Shown: positions 1-10,600 of the stretch, one piece after another
Numbering within the stretch: position 1 is the first letter of the stretch
Layout of the letters: every line of letters starts with the position of its first letter
Assembly: GCA_017442105.1 (NCBI GenBank)
Contig: JAFSAX010000134.1
Span: 1-45,400, forward strand
Direction of reading: 5' to 3'
Source: Selenomonadales bacterium
GTDB taxonomy: Bacteria > Bacillota > Negativicutes > RGIG982
DNA: 45,400 nucleotides
Made by a program: the position numbers and the translations under genes
The notes under the pieces: generated by a model
Told to the model about the DNA's origin: nothing
Seen by the model: the letters and a program-made list of their open reading frames with translations, nothing else
Database searches by the model: none

Positions 1-141
1 CGGGGATCCCATCTTTGTCGGTATCGACCATACAGCCTGCGATGAATGTCACGAAAGCGATCATTCCACCGCCGACCATTTCGGTGATAAGAGAAAGGAG
101 ATCGCGTAGTGCGACCTCTCCTTCTTTCCACAGCCACAGCC
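1..141. repeat. Terminal direct repeat, copy 1 (equals 45260-45400)
   Basis: Base-by-base identity read directly. The repeat lies inside a coding ORF, so it is most likely a circular-assembly overlap. Confidence 0.95.
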
Positions 142-286
142 ATGCCGCGTAATATGTCAGCACAAGCACCGTGACCAAGCCGAAATATAAAAAGACAACC
201 CATTTGATAGGTTGCTTCATCCCGACTATTTTGCTTTTTGCTGTCACCGTCAATCGTGACATTGCATCTTTTACCTTGTTCATCAT
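1..286 (-). CDS. Putative holin, 5-prime part (codons 1-95); the ORF continues across the junction into 45231-45259 (104 aa in total)
   Basis: ATGATG start at 286 with GGAAGGA upstream. Two hydrophobic helices (WVVFLYFGLVTVLVLTYYAAWLWLW and MVGGGMIAFVTFIAGCMV). Charged tail DQFEKEEKK. Directly precedes the amidase. Confidence 0.6.
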   Translation of the reverse strand, partial: MMNKVKDAMSRLTVTAKSKIVGMKQPIKWVVFLYFGLVTVLVLTYYAAWLWLWKEGEVALRDLLSLITEMVGGGMIAFVTFIAGCMVDTDKDGIP

Positions 287-288
287 CG

Positions 289-561
289 TTAATCCTTCCT
301 GCACTTGCAATTGTTGCAGAACGAGTGAAATTCTTCTTCCAAATGCGTTAGGCGGTTTGTATTTGTTTCAATCGCTGTTTCTCCCGCCGCCACTCGCTCC
401 CCCAGTGCCGCCATCTCCTTGCGCCGCTCCTCAAGCGACTTTGCCAGATTATCTACCGACTTTTGCAGTCCATCTATCGACCCTCGCAATGGAGATACGA
501 TAAGCCATGTGATGACCATCGCCAGAAGTCCGATGACGTTGATGAAATCGTTCATATCCAT
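289..561 (-). CDS. Small membrane-anchored coiled-coil protein in the lysis cassette (possible holin partner)
   Basis: 90 aa. N-terminal TM segment (FINVIGLLAMVITWLIV) followed by a heptad-like coil. Lies tightly between the fibre genes and the holin. Confidence 0.5.
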   Translation of the reverse strand: MDMNDFINVIGLLAMVITWLIVSPLRGSIDGLQKSVDNLAKSLEERRKEMAALGERVAAGETAIETNTNRLTHLEEEFHSFCNNCKCRKD

Positions 562-564
562 ACG

Positions 565-1038
565 TTATACCTCCAATGCCACCGCATTGACTTCCTCTGC
601 CGTCATTGCTGCATTGACCTTCGCCTTTGCATCACGGTATGCGACATGAAGTGCGTTGGAACGGACAGCCACCGCCGATACCACCGCGATAAGGTCTTGT
701 GCCGTTACCAGTACCGAATTGTTGTCGGCGAGAGTCCATAAAATAGAACCGTTCGATGCTTGCAACGCGATGATAGCATTATTGATACGCTCTCTTGCCT
801 TTTCATCGTAGTCGTATAGATGACCGTCAACTTCAATATCCTCGACCTCAAGACGGTCGCGGTCTGCTTTGAGAGAAGCGATTTTTGCCGTTTTGACTTC
901 ATCAAGCGTAGGTTTGGGAATACCTACGATGCGATACCCACCTTCAATGACCTCCATGTACGCTCTGTTTTGGTTGCACCATGCCGCCGCCTCGGGCGGA
1001 TATGTCTCTTTAAATGTTTGTCCGATATTAAATGTCAT
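565..1038 (-). CDS. DUF4376-like protein, tail-fibre associated
   Basis: 157 aa. The central KIASLKADRDRLEVEDIEVDGHLYDYD pattern is typical of the DUF4376 domain seen next to phage fibre genes. It is the last gene of the fibre block. Confidence 0.55.
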   Translation of the reverse strand: MTFNIGQTFKETYPPEAAAWCNQNRAYMEVIEGGYRIVGIPKPTLDEVKTAKIASLKADRDRLEVEDIEVDGHLYDYDEKARERINNAIIALQASNGSILWTLADNNSVLVTAQDLIAVVSAVAVRSNALHVAYRDAKAKVNAAMTAEEVNAVALEV

Positions 1039-1052
1039 GTGTTATTACCTCC

Positions 1053-1649
1053 TTATGTCCCACTACCGACATAACTTGATGAGCCATTTGTGAATGTGAT
1101 GTCATGGCTGGTATCCATCGTGAATGTGTATCTCCCCTTTTTCGTGTTCGTGCCGTCAAGTTTCACATATGTCATGTAAATCCAATCAGCATCGCTAGAG
1201 GTATCTTGAGCCGTCACGGTAACACTTGTATCTGGAGCTAAATACACAGACAGACTACCTATATACGACACTCCGTTTATATTTGTCGTTATGGTGAACT
1301 TTTCGCTATAGGTAAAGTCTGTAGCCGTTACAGTGAGAAGGTGCATCTGTACGAGGTGTACGCTTGCATCTTCGCCATAACTGACTTCTACCGTCGCCAT
1401 GTACATTTCGTTATACACAATGTCAAAAGATGCGTTTGTGTTTTTCTCACCTTCCACGTATATCTTGCCTAAGCTGTCCGTAATAAGCGTTTCACCATTT
1501 ATCACGACAGAAGCATTAGTCAGAAGTGTTCCATCGGGCATATATATGGTGAGCACTGATGTGGCTTGTAGCGATAATGTGCTTACATACGTTTTACCAT
1601 TTCTTATGTATACGTATGTCTTGCCGTCATCTTTTTTTGCAACGTACAT
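1053..1649 (-). CDS. Beta-rich hypothetical protein, probable distal tail or receptor-binding accessory
   Basis: 198 aa, rich in T/S/V/Y with an alternating pattern. Located in the fibre gene block. No recognisable motif. Confidence 0.45.
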   Translation of the reverse strand: MYVAKKDDGKTYVYIRNGKTYVSTLSLQATSVLTIYMPDGTLLTNASVVINGETLITDSLGKIYVEGEKNTNASFDIVYNEMYMATVEVSYGEDASVHLVQMHLLTVTATDFTYSEKFTITTNINGVSYIGSLSVYLAPDTSVTVTAQDTSSDADWIYMTYVKLDGTNTKKGRYTFTMDTSHDITFTNGSSSYVGSGT

Positions 1650-1661
1650 GATGTATCCTCC

Positions 1662-2747
1662 TTAGCGACCAGAAGCGTGCCAATATCCTCGAGAACTGTC
1701 GGTGATGTCCCACGTAAAACCAGTAAGAGATTCAGTGTACACAAAAGCTGTTTTGTCGCGACTGTTTGATTCATAGTCCACACCAAACGTTAAATATACT
1801 TCTGCGGAAAATGCTTTGGGGAACGTAATTGTTCCAGACGTGCCAGAACCAAAAGTACCGCCTTGTTCAAGCCATCCGTCAGAATACTTACGATACCAAG
1901 ACGAACCATCGTCGCTTCGCCACGTTTCAACAATGAACGAATCAATGTATGCCACGTTATCCGTGTATTCATCCATCTTATTTTCTACTCGCGTAAGACC
2001 TGCCGAAACATCTGCGATATCTTGATTGCCAATATTCGACACCGTGCCAAACGCTTTGACAAGATACATCCCTACGATGGATGGTGGTTGTACCGTATCG
2101 CTGTTGCCATAAATTGGATTCGACAAAGATGCATCAAACGAAAATATATTCGATAAGTTTGCATACTTGCTACTAGATGCGGAATGTGGCTTATATGACC
2201 CTTTTTCCGAATCGAATGCACCTGCCGTATTCTCGAACGCAGCAGTATCATTCCCGCCTGTGCTTTGTGCACTACCTGTAATATTCGGCAACCCTGCCTT
2301 GAGGTAACCGCCTACTTCTTCGACACCGTTCGCACCCTGTACGTGGCACTTTAAGCTAGGTACGCGGAATGTCGTAGACCCGTCACCGTCCGAATAAAAG
2401 GCTACATTGCCTTCGTTCGCCGTGGCTTTCTCTTGCCATTCTGCTTCTGTGATGAGATAGCTACCTTGTGTTTGCACCCATGCCCACAAGTCAGCATATG
2501 CCGTTCGGCTGAATGTACCGCCGAAGAGAGGCAGACAGCCTGTCGGGATGTTCGGATTTGTCGTGAACCATTCGTGACCGATGGGAAGACCTGCCACCAG
2601 TACATCACCGTTTGCATCAGGCTCGATGCCGTTGACAGTACATACCGCACCTTCGACATATTTTACGCTTGTAACGGGGTAGTGCATCACAGTATTACCA
2701 TCTTTGTCTTTTGTTGCGATGACTGTCTGACGTTCTATTACTGCCAT
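1662..2747 (-). CDS. Tail fibre / receptor-binding protein with a tail-collar-like segment
   Basis: 361 aa. PIGHEWFTTNPNIPTGCLPLFGGTFSRTAYADLWAWV...GSTTFRVPSLK resembles the phage tail collar motif. Confidence 0.65.
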   Translation of the reverse strand: MAVIERQTVIATKDKDGNTVMHYPVTSVKYVEGAVCTVNGIEPDANGDVLVAGLPIGHEWFTTNPNIPTGCLPLFGGTFSRTAYADLWAWVQTQGSYLITEAEWQEKATANEGNVAFYSDGDGSTTFRVPSLKCHVQGANGVEEVGGYLKAGLPNITGSAQSTGGNDTAAFENTAGAFDSEKGSYKPHSASSSKYANLSNIFSFDASLSNPIYGNSDTVQPPSIVGMYLVKAFGTVSNIGNQDIADVSAGLTRVENKMDEYTDNVAYIDSFIVETWRSDDGSSWYRKYSDGWLEQGGTFGSGTSGTITFPKAFSAEVYLTFGVDYESNSRDKTAFVYTESLTGFTWDITDSSRGYWHASGR

Positions 2748-2759
2748 ACATTACACCTC

Positions 2760-3413
2760 CTATTCTCCGATGATCTGGAGAAACATTTCGCCTTCGGCAA
2801 GGTCATCAGGTACCGACGCGCCGCTCCTGACAGCTACGCCCCATTCACCCGCGCCGCTCCCTGTTGCGCGAAGCACCTGCCCGACTGTTCCGCCCGTAGG
2901 AAGATGCGTATTACCTGCTCCCGTCGGATGCTTATATACAGTCTTTTCTGTACCGTTGATCTTGATATTTCCGTTCGTGGACGATGCTTCGACCTTCGTT
3001 GCACCCTCTGCGATGCCGTTAAGCTTCGTGAGAAGTGCCGTTGTGAAGTCGTTCGTGGAAAGGCCTTTGCCGTCTACCTTATCCACCTTGTTCCCGATCG
3101 CCGCATTAAGCTGATCGATAACGCCCTGATTCGTTGTGATAGCCGTTGCGATCTCTTTCAACGTATCAAGCGTAGAAGGCGCAGAATCGACAAGCGCCGC
3201 TATCTTTTCGTTGATCATCGTTTCTACCTGAGTAGCAGTCAGACCTCCCGCCACCGCACTTTCAAGGTCGGCGATGATCTCTGCAAGAGCCGTCGCAAGC
3301 GTCTTGCCTGTCGCCTGATCCACGATGACGCTTGCCGAGCCTGTTCGTACATCGATCTGTTTAATTACGCCCTCGATCTTTGCCTGAAGAATACCTTTTA
3401 CGATCGTTGCCAT
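2760..3413 (-). CDS. Tail fibre protein
   Basis: 217 aa. Carries the fibre motifs LDTLKEIATAI and KVDKVDGKGLSTNDFT. Confidence 0.7.
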   Translation of the reverse strand: MATIVKGILQAKIEGVIKQIDVRTGSASVIVDQATGKTLATALAEIIADLESAVAGGLTATQVETMINEKIAALVDSAPSTLDTLKEIATAITTNQGVIDQLNAAIGNKVDKVDGKGLSTNDFTTALLTKLNGIAEGATKVEASSTNGNIKINGTEKTVYKHPTGAGNTHLPTGGTVGQVLRATGSGAGEWGVAVRSGASVPDDLAEGEMFLQIIGE

Positions 3414-3429
3414 ATTATATCATCCTCTC

Positions 3430-4626
3430 TTATTCATTCGTTGTTACACTGTAATGATCGCCGACATCATACAACGTGCCGTCCACATCAAGGCTCAACA
3501 CGCTTGTCCCGTCTGCCAACGTTCCATCGCTCAACACGAACGATTCATCCGTCACCCCGTATGTCGGCTCATCATCTCCGCGTACTCGTTCTGATACAGT
3601 AATGAACCTCGGTGCATTTCTGATATACGCTTTCGATGCGGTATCTGTTTCATTCCAGTCCGCCTGCACCTGTCCTGTCGCCACACCATCAGCGGCATCC
3701 TGTGCCCTTTTTGCGCTTGCCTCAGCCGATTCAGCCGATGCGGCGGATTCATTCGCCTTAGTTGTCGCCGTTGTTGCCGCCGTGCTTGCCGTATCTGCCG
3801 CCTTACTTGCCGCAGACGATGCCTGCTGTGCCGTATTGGCACTTGTACTCGCCGAGAGCGAGCTTTTGTACGCGGCTGTTTCCGAAGAAGATGCCTTTGT
3901 CGCAGACGATTCGGCAGACGTCTTATATGCTTCCGCTTTCTTCATGTACTCCTCAGCTTTTGCCTCAGCATTGACCGCTACCGCCTTCGCATCTACCGCA
4001 GTATTCTTCGCATCTACCGCAGTATTCGCTGCATCAGATGCAGTCTTGGCACTATTGACCGCCGCCGTACTTTGCACTTGTACTGTCGCGGCAAGGTTTT
4101 CGACGACCCTGCGCACTACGGCGGGATCGTCTGTGACCTCCAATCTTTTGCCGTCATCGCTCCAGCGAAAGCTAGTCCCCTTTCCGTTCGGCACGATGAG
4201 CGAGATGTCGCTGTTATCGACCGATACACTAAGTCGCATCGCACGATTCGTTTCGTCTTTCAACTGTTGGGCAAGGATGGTGTTTTTGTCGATCATGCCT
4301 TCCAGTACCTTAAACGGATATTGATCGAACATCGCCACCTCCTGCGTGAACGGTACCTCGCGATAGACTACGAGCCGCCATCCATCATTGAGCGGAAGAT
4401 ACTCCTCGATATTCTCGGGTTCCTCGCCCTCTGCCCATCCCGGGTAAAAGACGATATTTTTTTCTACATCGACATAGTAGTCATTCGTAAGGACGGTCTC
4501 TGCCCCTTCGGGAGAGACCGTCATGACCTTGACGTCGGTGTTCTTCGTGATAACGAACGGATAGAAGAATTGTGTTGCTTCTCCGTTCCCTTCGTAGATC
4601 ACCTTATTTACGCTGTCCTGTATCAC
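3430..4626 (-). CDS. Tail fibre protein with a T7 gp17-like N-terminal tail-attachment domain and an Ala-rich coiled shaft
   Basis: 398 aa. N-terminus YEGNGEATQFFYPF...VVYREVPFTQ...ILAQQLKDETNRAMRL resembles the T7 tail-fibre N-terminal domain, followed by a long A/S/T-rich coil. Confidence 0.7.
   Translation of the reverse strand: MIQDSVNKVIYEGNGEATQFFYPFVITKNTDVKVMTVSPEGAETVLTNDYYVDVEKNIVFYPGWAEGEEPENIEEYLPLNDGWRLVVYREVPFTQEVAMFDQYPFKVLEGMIDKNTILAQQLKDETNRAMRLSVSVDNSDISLIVPNGKGTSFRWSDDGKRLEVTDDPAVVRRVVENLAATVQVQSTAAVNSAKTASDAANTAVDAKNTAVDAKAVAVNAEAKAEEYMKKAEAYKTSAESSATKASSSETAAYKSSLSASTSANTAQQASSAASKAADTASTAATTATTKANESAASAESAEASAKRAQDAADGVATGQVQADWNETDTASKAYIRNAPRFITVSERVRGDDEPTYGVTDESFVLSDGTLADGTSVLSLDVDGTLYDVGDHYSVTTNE
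3988..4029. repeat. 21-bp tandem duplication inside the fibre shaft (encodes NTAVDAK twice)
   Basis: cgcatctaccgcagtattc appears twice in tandem. Confidence 0.9.
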
Positions 4627-4636
4627 GCTTTGTCAC

Positions 4637-7600
4637 CTACTTTATTTTTTTGTCAAATACGATCGCTTTCAGCACTTCGCCAATATCGTTGTCGAAATCG
4701 TTGTCCGCATATCGGATAAACGTCCAGATGCCATCCGTTATCGTATCGCTCCAGCCTGTGAACGAATTAGATGCCCTTGTCACTTCTCTGCCGACATCGA
4801 TCCAATCCTTTTTCTTGGACATGATCGCCTGCGATGCACGTTGTGCGCGATCGACCACATCGTATGCCGAGGTCATTTTTGCACCGTATACGCGCTCGCC
4901 CATGAACACACCAACCGTTACCTTGAAAAACTCTCTTGCGATTGGGATCATGCCGAACACCTGCTCGCCGAACGACTGCGCCATATGTGCAGGATCGAAT
5001 ACTTTTTTGATACGCTCCGACATATCTTCCTCATCGTCTCCCCACAGCGCACGAAGCACTTCTTCCATCGCCTTCGTAAGAATGAGCCAATACAGCACGC
5101 TTCGCGCAAATTTCATCCATTCTCCCGCGTTGACTGCCCTGCCGTAACGGAAGGCAAGCGCATTGAATACGGTGTTCATATACGAATAGAACATTGTGAG
5201 CTGTTTTGCGACTTCATGACTTCGCTGAACAGGCGCAAGGTCCTTGACATCACCGCTGCCGAATACGCGTCTGACCGCCGCATCGCCTGCCGCTACTGCT
5301 CTCCGCTCGATATTCTCCGCCGAGAGACCTTTTCCCACGCCTTCCCGATACACTCTTTCGTACTCGCTTTTCCAAAGCGGCGCAGCAAACATAAGATCGG
5401 TATATGCCATCAACGTAAAAGCATGCTCCTCCGCCCATTCGATTTTTTCTTTCGCTCCTCTGATCACCTTGCCTGCGAGATTCGGGAGCTTGCTTTCTCC
5501 TTCTCGTATCTCTCTCAGCTTCTCGCGCACATCTCGATCCATCGTCTCTGCTCGATGAGCAAGAAATTCCGATTTTTCCAGACAGAACTGATATTCCTTA
5601 ACAGGATCGGACGCAAAATTCCTCAGAGCGGCAAACGTTCTGCCTGCGCCGATATACTCGGTCACAGGCGCAATGTTCACCAGATTCAGCGCTGCAACAG
5701 TGACGCGCCAGCCCATGACAGCCATCGTCGCGTTTCTGCGAAGGAACGCCGCAACCTTGGTGATCTTATCCTTCTTCTCGTCCATCACCCAATTATCTTT
5801 CACCCACTTGTCCAGACTTCTGTGTGTCGATGTGCCGTACGCTTCTTCGATAGCCACTCTGACTTCCTGCGCATTGATGAGCTTGTAGACATCTCGGATC
5901 GCCTCACGATAACAGATGTTGTGGATCACATCGTCAAGTGCCTTTGGGAGAGGATCAAGCACCGTATAGATCGGTCGCTCGATCGTCTGCCGACTGCGCT
6001 GTTTTGTGAATCCTCGGCGCGTACCAAGCACGGCATTGCCGCTCATCTGCATTTTGGCGACATCGTCTTTCTCTAGGTCCTGCTGCCGTCCGCTTTTGGT
6101 CGGATCATACATGATTGGATAATAGCCGCCCGCAAGATGGTAGACAGTGCCGTCCTTGCCGACGATATCAAACGGCACTGCCTGCTGTTTCTCAATTCCT
6201 ACGCCTGTCATGCGCTCCTCAATAGCGACCGTATCGCCCCAGAACGATTCAAGCAGAGTCCACACGCCTGTGACCGTCTGCCAATCCTCCGCAGTAAGAT
6301 TGCCCAACACTTCTTCAATGTCTTTCTCTGTGAGATTGACAAACGCATCTTTATTTTGCTCGTCAGGTTTCTTGAATCCGTCCAAGACACGCTTACGGTT
6401 AAGCTCCGTCCCCCAGTTAAGAGCCAGCACGATAACCTGTTCCTTCGTCAGCACCGAGGTACCGAGCTTATACCGTTCTTCTTTGCGATGCTCTCTGTAT
6501 TTACCGAACAGCTCATGCACAGCCTTTGCCGCCTGCGCCTGCATGCGCATCTCCTTATTCGCCGCCCGATCGATCGGATCATACAGGAACATCATCGATA
6601 CGCCTTCCTTGCCGCCGTCGTTCCAACGGAATATCGTCTCAGGCTTGATAAGTTCTCCAACCGCCGCATCGCGTGCTGCAGTTATCTTTTCAAGTGTAGT
6701 CGGCAGTGTCATGCCCGTCGGATCATCGTTTGCTTTTGCCTTTACGTTCTTACGGACACCATCTGCGATACGTTGTACGGCATCTTCAAACGATACCGCC
6801 TTGCCGTCCTCATCGATGACCGTAAAGAGCCTGTTCGCATTTTGTCCGATGGTGTATACGCTCGTCAGAATGTCGAACAATCCGTCAAACTCATCCTTCG
6901 TCAATGCACCATAGCCGAGAGCCTTAACAGGGTTCTTCCTGCCTTCAATATTGACCTGCGTTTTGTAGACATCATTGCCGCCTGCCGCATCCTTGATAAA
7001 CTGCGGGATATCGACCTCGCCGTCCTCGTCAAGGAAGTGTGCTTCATATTCTTTGGCATACCGCTTGAACATCGCATCGACGCTCTCGCTCCCCTGCCAC
7101 TCCTGTGGCATGATGGCATCTCGGCGATTGACACCGAACACGTAGAGAAGATGGTTATAAAAATAGCGTTCATCAGCCGCCAATTTGACATTGCCTTTGG
7201 CGATACTGTTTGAACGCTTTTTCAATTTGTTCACTTTTTTATCTACATCTGCTTTCAGTTTTGCAGATTCGTCGGCGAAGTAGCTGAACATGACCTGCTC
7301 CCGCTTCGCTTGTTTCGCTTCTTGCCACTTACCCTTTGCCATCAGACGTGCGACCTCGACACCTTTCATGCGTTCCTTATGCCGCCATGAGTAAGTAGCT
7401 GTCGCCTGTCTGATCGGCATATACATCAGATTCATGAACGCAGCACGTTTGTACATATCCATCTGCCCTTCGACCGCATCACGTACCAGTCGGATACCTT
7501 CTTTTGACGATGTAATAAAGTCCCTAAGCTGTTTGACAGTATCAAGGATCTTCGCCTTGTCCTGCTCTGCCTTTTCCTTCGCCTTGCCTACCGCTTTCTC

Positions 7601-10600
7601 GACAGCTTCTTCCTTATCCTGTTTCGCTTCGACTTTCGCCGCCTGCTTCTGCATTTGATTGATGAGCTTCATCTCGGCTTCACGCCATCGGTAGGTGTAC
7701 TTGAGATCGGCAATTCGTTGTTTGAGCGACTTGACCTCTTTGCCTTCATCCTTCGGCTGTTCTTCTTCGCCGCGAAGAGATTTTTCGATCTCATCCAGAG
7801 CCTTGTCTACGCTCTTGTCAAGACGTCTTTCCTCTTTCTCTTTACGTTCCAGCGCTTCATATTCAAGCGTGAGGATCATCGCCTTATATTTTGAGGATGA
7901 TAGAGCCTTTTCCGCTTCTGCGTTTACAGTCGCTTCAACATCAGTATACGAATCCATATCTTCTACGGCTTGTGCCAGCTCTTTTTCAACCGCTTTTTCA
8001 AGACCGCCGCCGTGCATTTCAAGCTCTGCTTTATAGCTTTCTTCGGTATATCCAAGCGTAGGCAGGATATCCATACTTCCGGACAATCGTACACACTCTT
8101 CTGCACGGAAAATATCCTGTTCTTTTAACCGCTCCTCAATATCCTCGCGCATCGCCTTGATGATCTCCTGTCTGCCCGCTTCCATTTCGTCAGACACATC
8201 TTGCATCGCGATCTTTAACACCTTTTCTTTTGCTTCTTCCTTCGCTTCGCGTACCCATCGTTCGTACATCGCCTGCGTCGTATCGTCGAGTATCTGCATA
8301 CCCTTTTTCTTCGTAATAGATTCGATGCCCTGTACCTTTGCTTCGGCTTCTATCTCCTGCTCGCTTGCGAGCATACGTGCCATAACCGCCCGTACTTCCG
8401 CAGACGGTTTCCCGCCGAGCTGTACGAAATCGGCATAGATGTCGCACAGCCACTTTTTAAACGTGCGGAATACTGCTCTAAGACCGCGTACAGGTGCTTC
8501 GCCTGTGCGTAAGTACGCTTCGAATCCTCGAGCAAACTTCTCATGCTGTTCCCTTGTGAATCCTTGACTATCCTTATACCCAAGCCATTCTTTGACCGTC
8601 TGCCAATCTCTGACGAGCTGTGCAGGCGCACCATCCATCTCGGCAAGCATCTTAAGATCGGCAAGTGCTACATGCCCAAGCTCATGTACGAAGGTCGATT
8701 TGTCTGCCGATTCAAACAAGCTCACAACACGAGACATACCGCTGATGCGCGTCTGACCGCGGACGGATTGATTGTACCGCTCGATAACAGAGATAGCCTT
8801 ATCGTCGAATACAACAAAGCATCTTCCGTCAAGATAACCTTCGTAGGTGATTCCTTTGACACCATATTCGTTGAGCTTACGCGATGCTTCTTCAAGAGAA
8901 CCATATTCTTTTACCAACTTGGAGTAGATGGCATGTCCCGTATCGTTGGCGTTGAAGATGTTATACTTATACTCCTTCTCGTAAATCGAATCTGCAATTT
9001 CGTCCAACTCTTTGCCTAGATCACTACCTTTTCGCACATGCCTATGTGTGGAAAAATCAACCCAATCACCAAAAAGAGAACCTTTTACATATTTGTATGT
9101 CTTACCTTTATAGTCGACAAACTTGCCTGTTGTTGTGCGCTTGCCAATCTCTTTTAAGGCATTTATAACTTTTGGAGGTTGCTCTTTAAGTGGTTTCTGT
9201 TCGTCAAGCAGAACATCATTTTCGGGGATATCGACCTCATACAATTCCCCCGGGGTCTTTGCTTCGTTTTCTGTTTTTTCAATACCCTTCGAAGCAAAGT
9301 TTTCCTCCAGATAATCAGCCGCCTCATCAAGTCGTACATCGTTCCATTTGGACGCAGCTTGTTTTAGGCTGAGTATGGTCGCGGCGACGTTGCCATTTTC
9401 GTTGCTCAGGTAATTCAATGCTCTTTCCAAAACATCAGACGCTCTGTTTCCTTCGGCATCTCGCCATTCGCCCCGCACTGCTTTGTACCCAAGATAAATA
9501 CTTTCTTTTACTTCCCCTGCTAATCTGCGGCGGTATTCTTCTGATACCTTCTTGTCCTGTGCGAAGTACAGCCCCCATCCATGCGCCTGTGCTCCTTCGC
9601 CTGTGCCGATCGCGCCCAAGTCGAAGGTATCAAAGGTATGCGGCGTGCCGTGATACGCGGTCTGATAATATGTAGGCATTCCCTTTTTTCGCTTGCGTAA
9701 ATCGTTTTCATTTGGTATATTAGTAGTAGATAAACTACTGATTTTGTTGAGGACGTAGGGCGGTTTGAGCCTTGCCTCCCTTAACCAATCAGTAGTTTTT
9801 TTCTTGTTTATATACCGAATTTTATTGGTATTAAGGAAATTGTCTATAAACCATTTGTAATCTGTTTGTTTAACTGCATTGGCTGTGCCGTAAGCACTGT
9901 CTTTCCCATAGGATGATAAAATAAAGTTTGCGTTATTGCCTGTGCTGTCTCTTTTTTCTAATAAAAAAGTCACAATACTGACATCGTTTTTGTCGCCCAA
10001 ATCCAACGCTACTAAAATATTCCCGTTAGATTCAGCAACAAATAGAGGATCAGTAAGAGCCCTCGGGATTTTTTTTAGCTCTTCCTTTCCTATACTGTCT
10101 TTGTGTTTCACAAGAATATGCTCAAAAGTTTTATTCTTTATTTTTATCGGTAAGTGTGCAACGCCTGCTATTTCCAAAGCTAACGGAGTATGCATCACAT
10201 AGCTTTCTCCACGCTTCGGAAGTTTTGTCCAAGTATCTACCGTTTTTGCAAAATCAGCTTCATCTTTCTTCAATTTTGCTTCAGCAATATCTTGTCCATA
10301 CGCGCCTTCTTCCACTTCCGTCGCATCTGCCACGATAGAGGTACGTTCACGCATATAATCCTCGGCTGTATACGGTTTGCCTGTTATCTTGCTGATATTG
10401 TCTGCCATACGGTCTGCATATCTGGCGAACAGGATGGCATTCATTCTGCCTGCCTTCTGTACATCTGCATTGCCGCGTTCAAACTGCTTGCGTGCCGCTT
10501 GATATACCTTGTAGCCGCTCGGTGTAAGACCGCGCACTACTGCCATCTCGCTCGCTGTGAGGTTTTCTACCTTGCCTTTGATATCATTGAGAATATCAAG

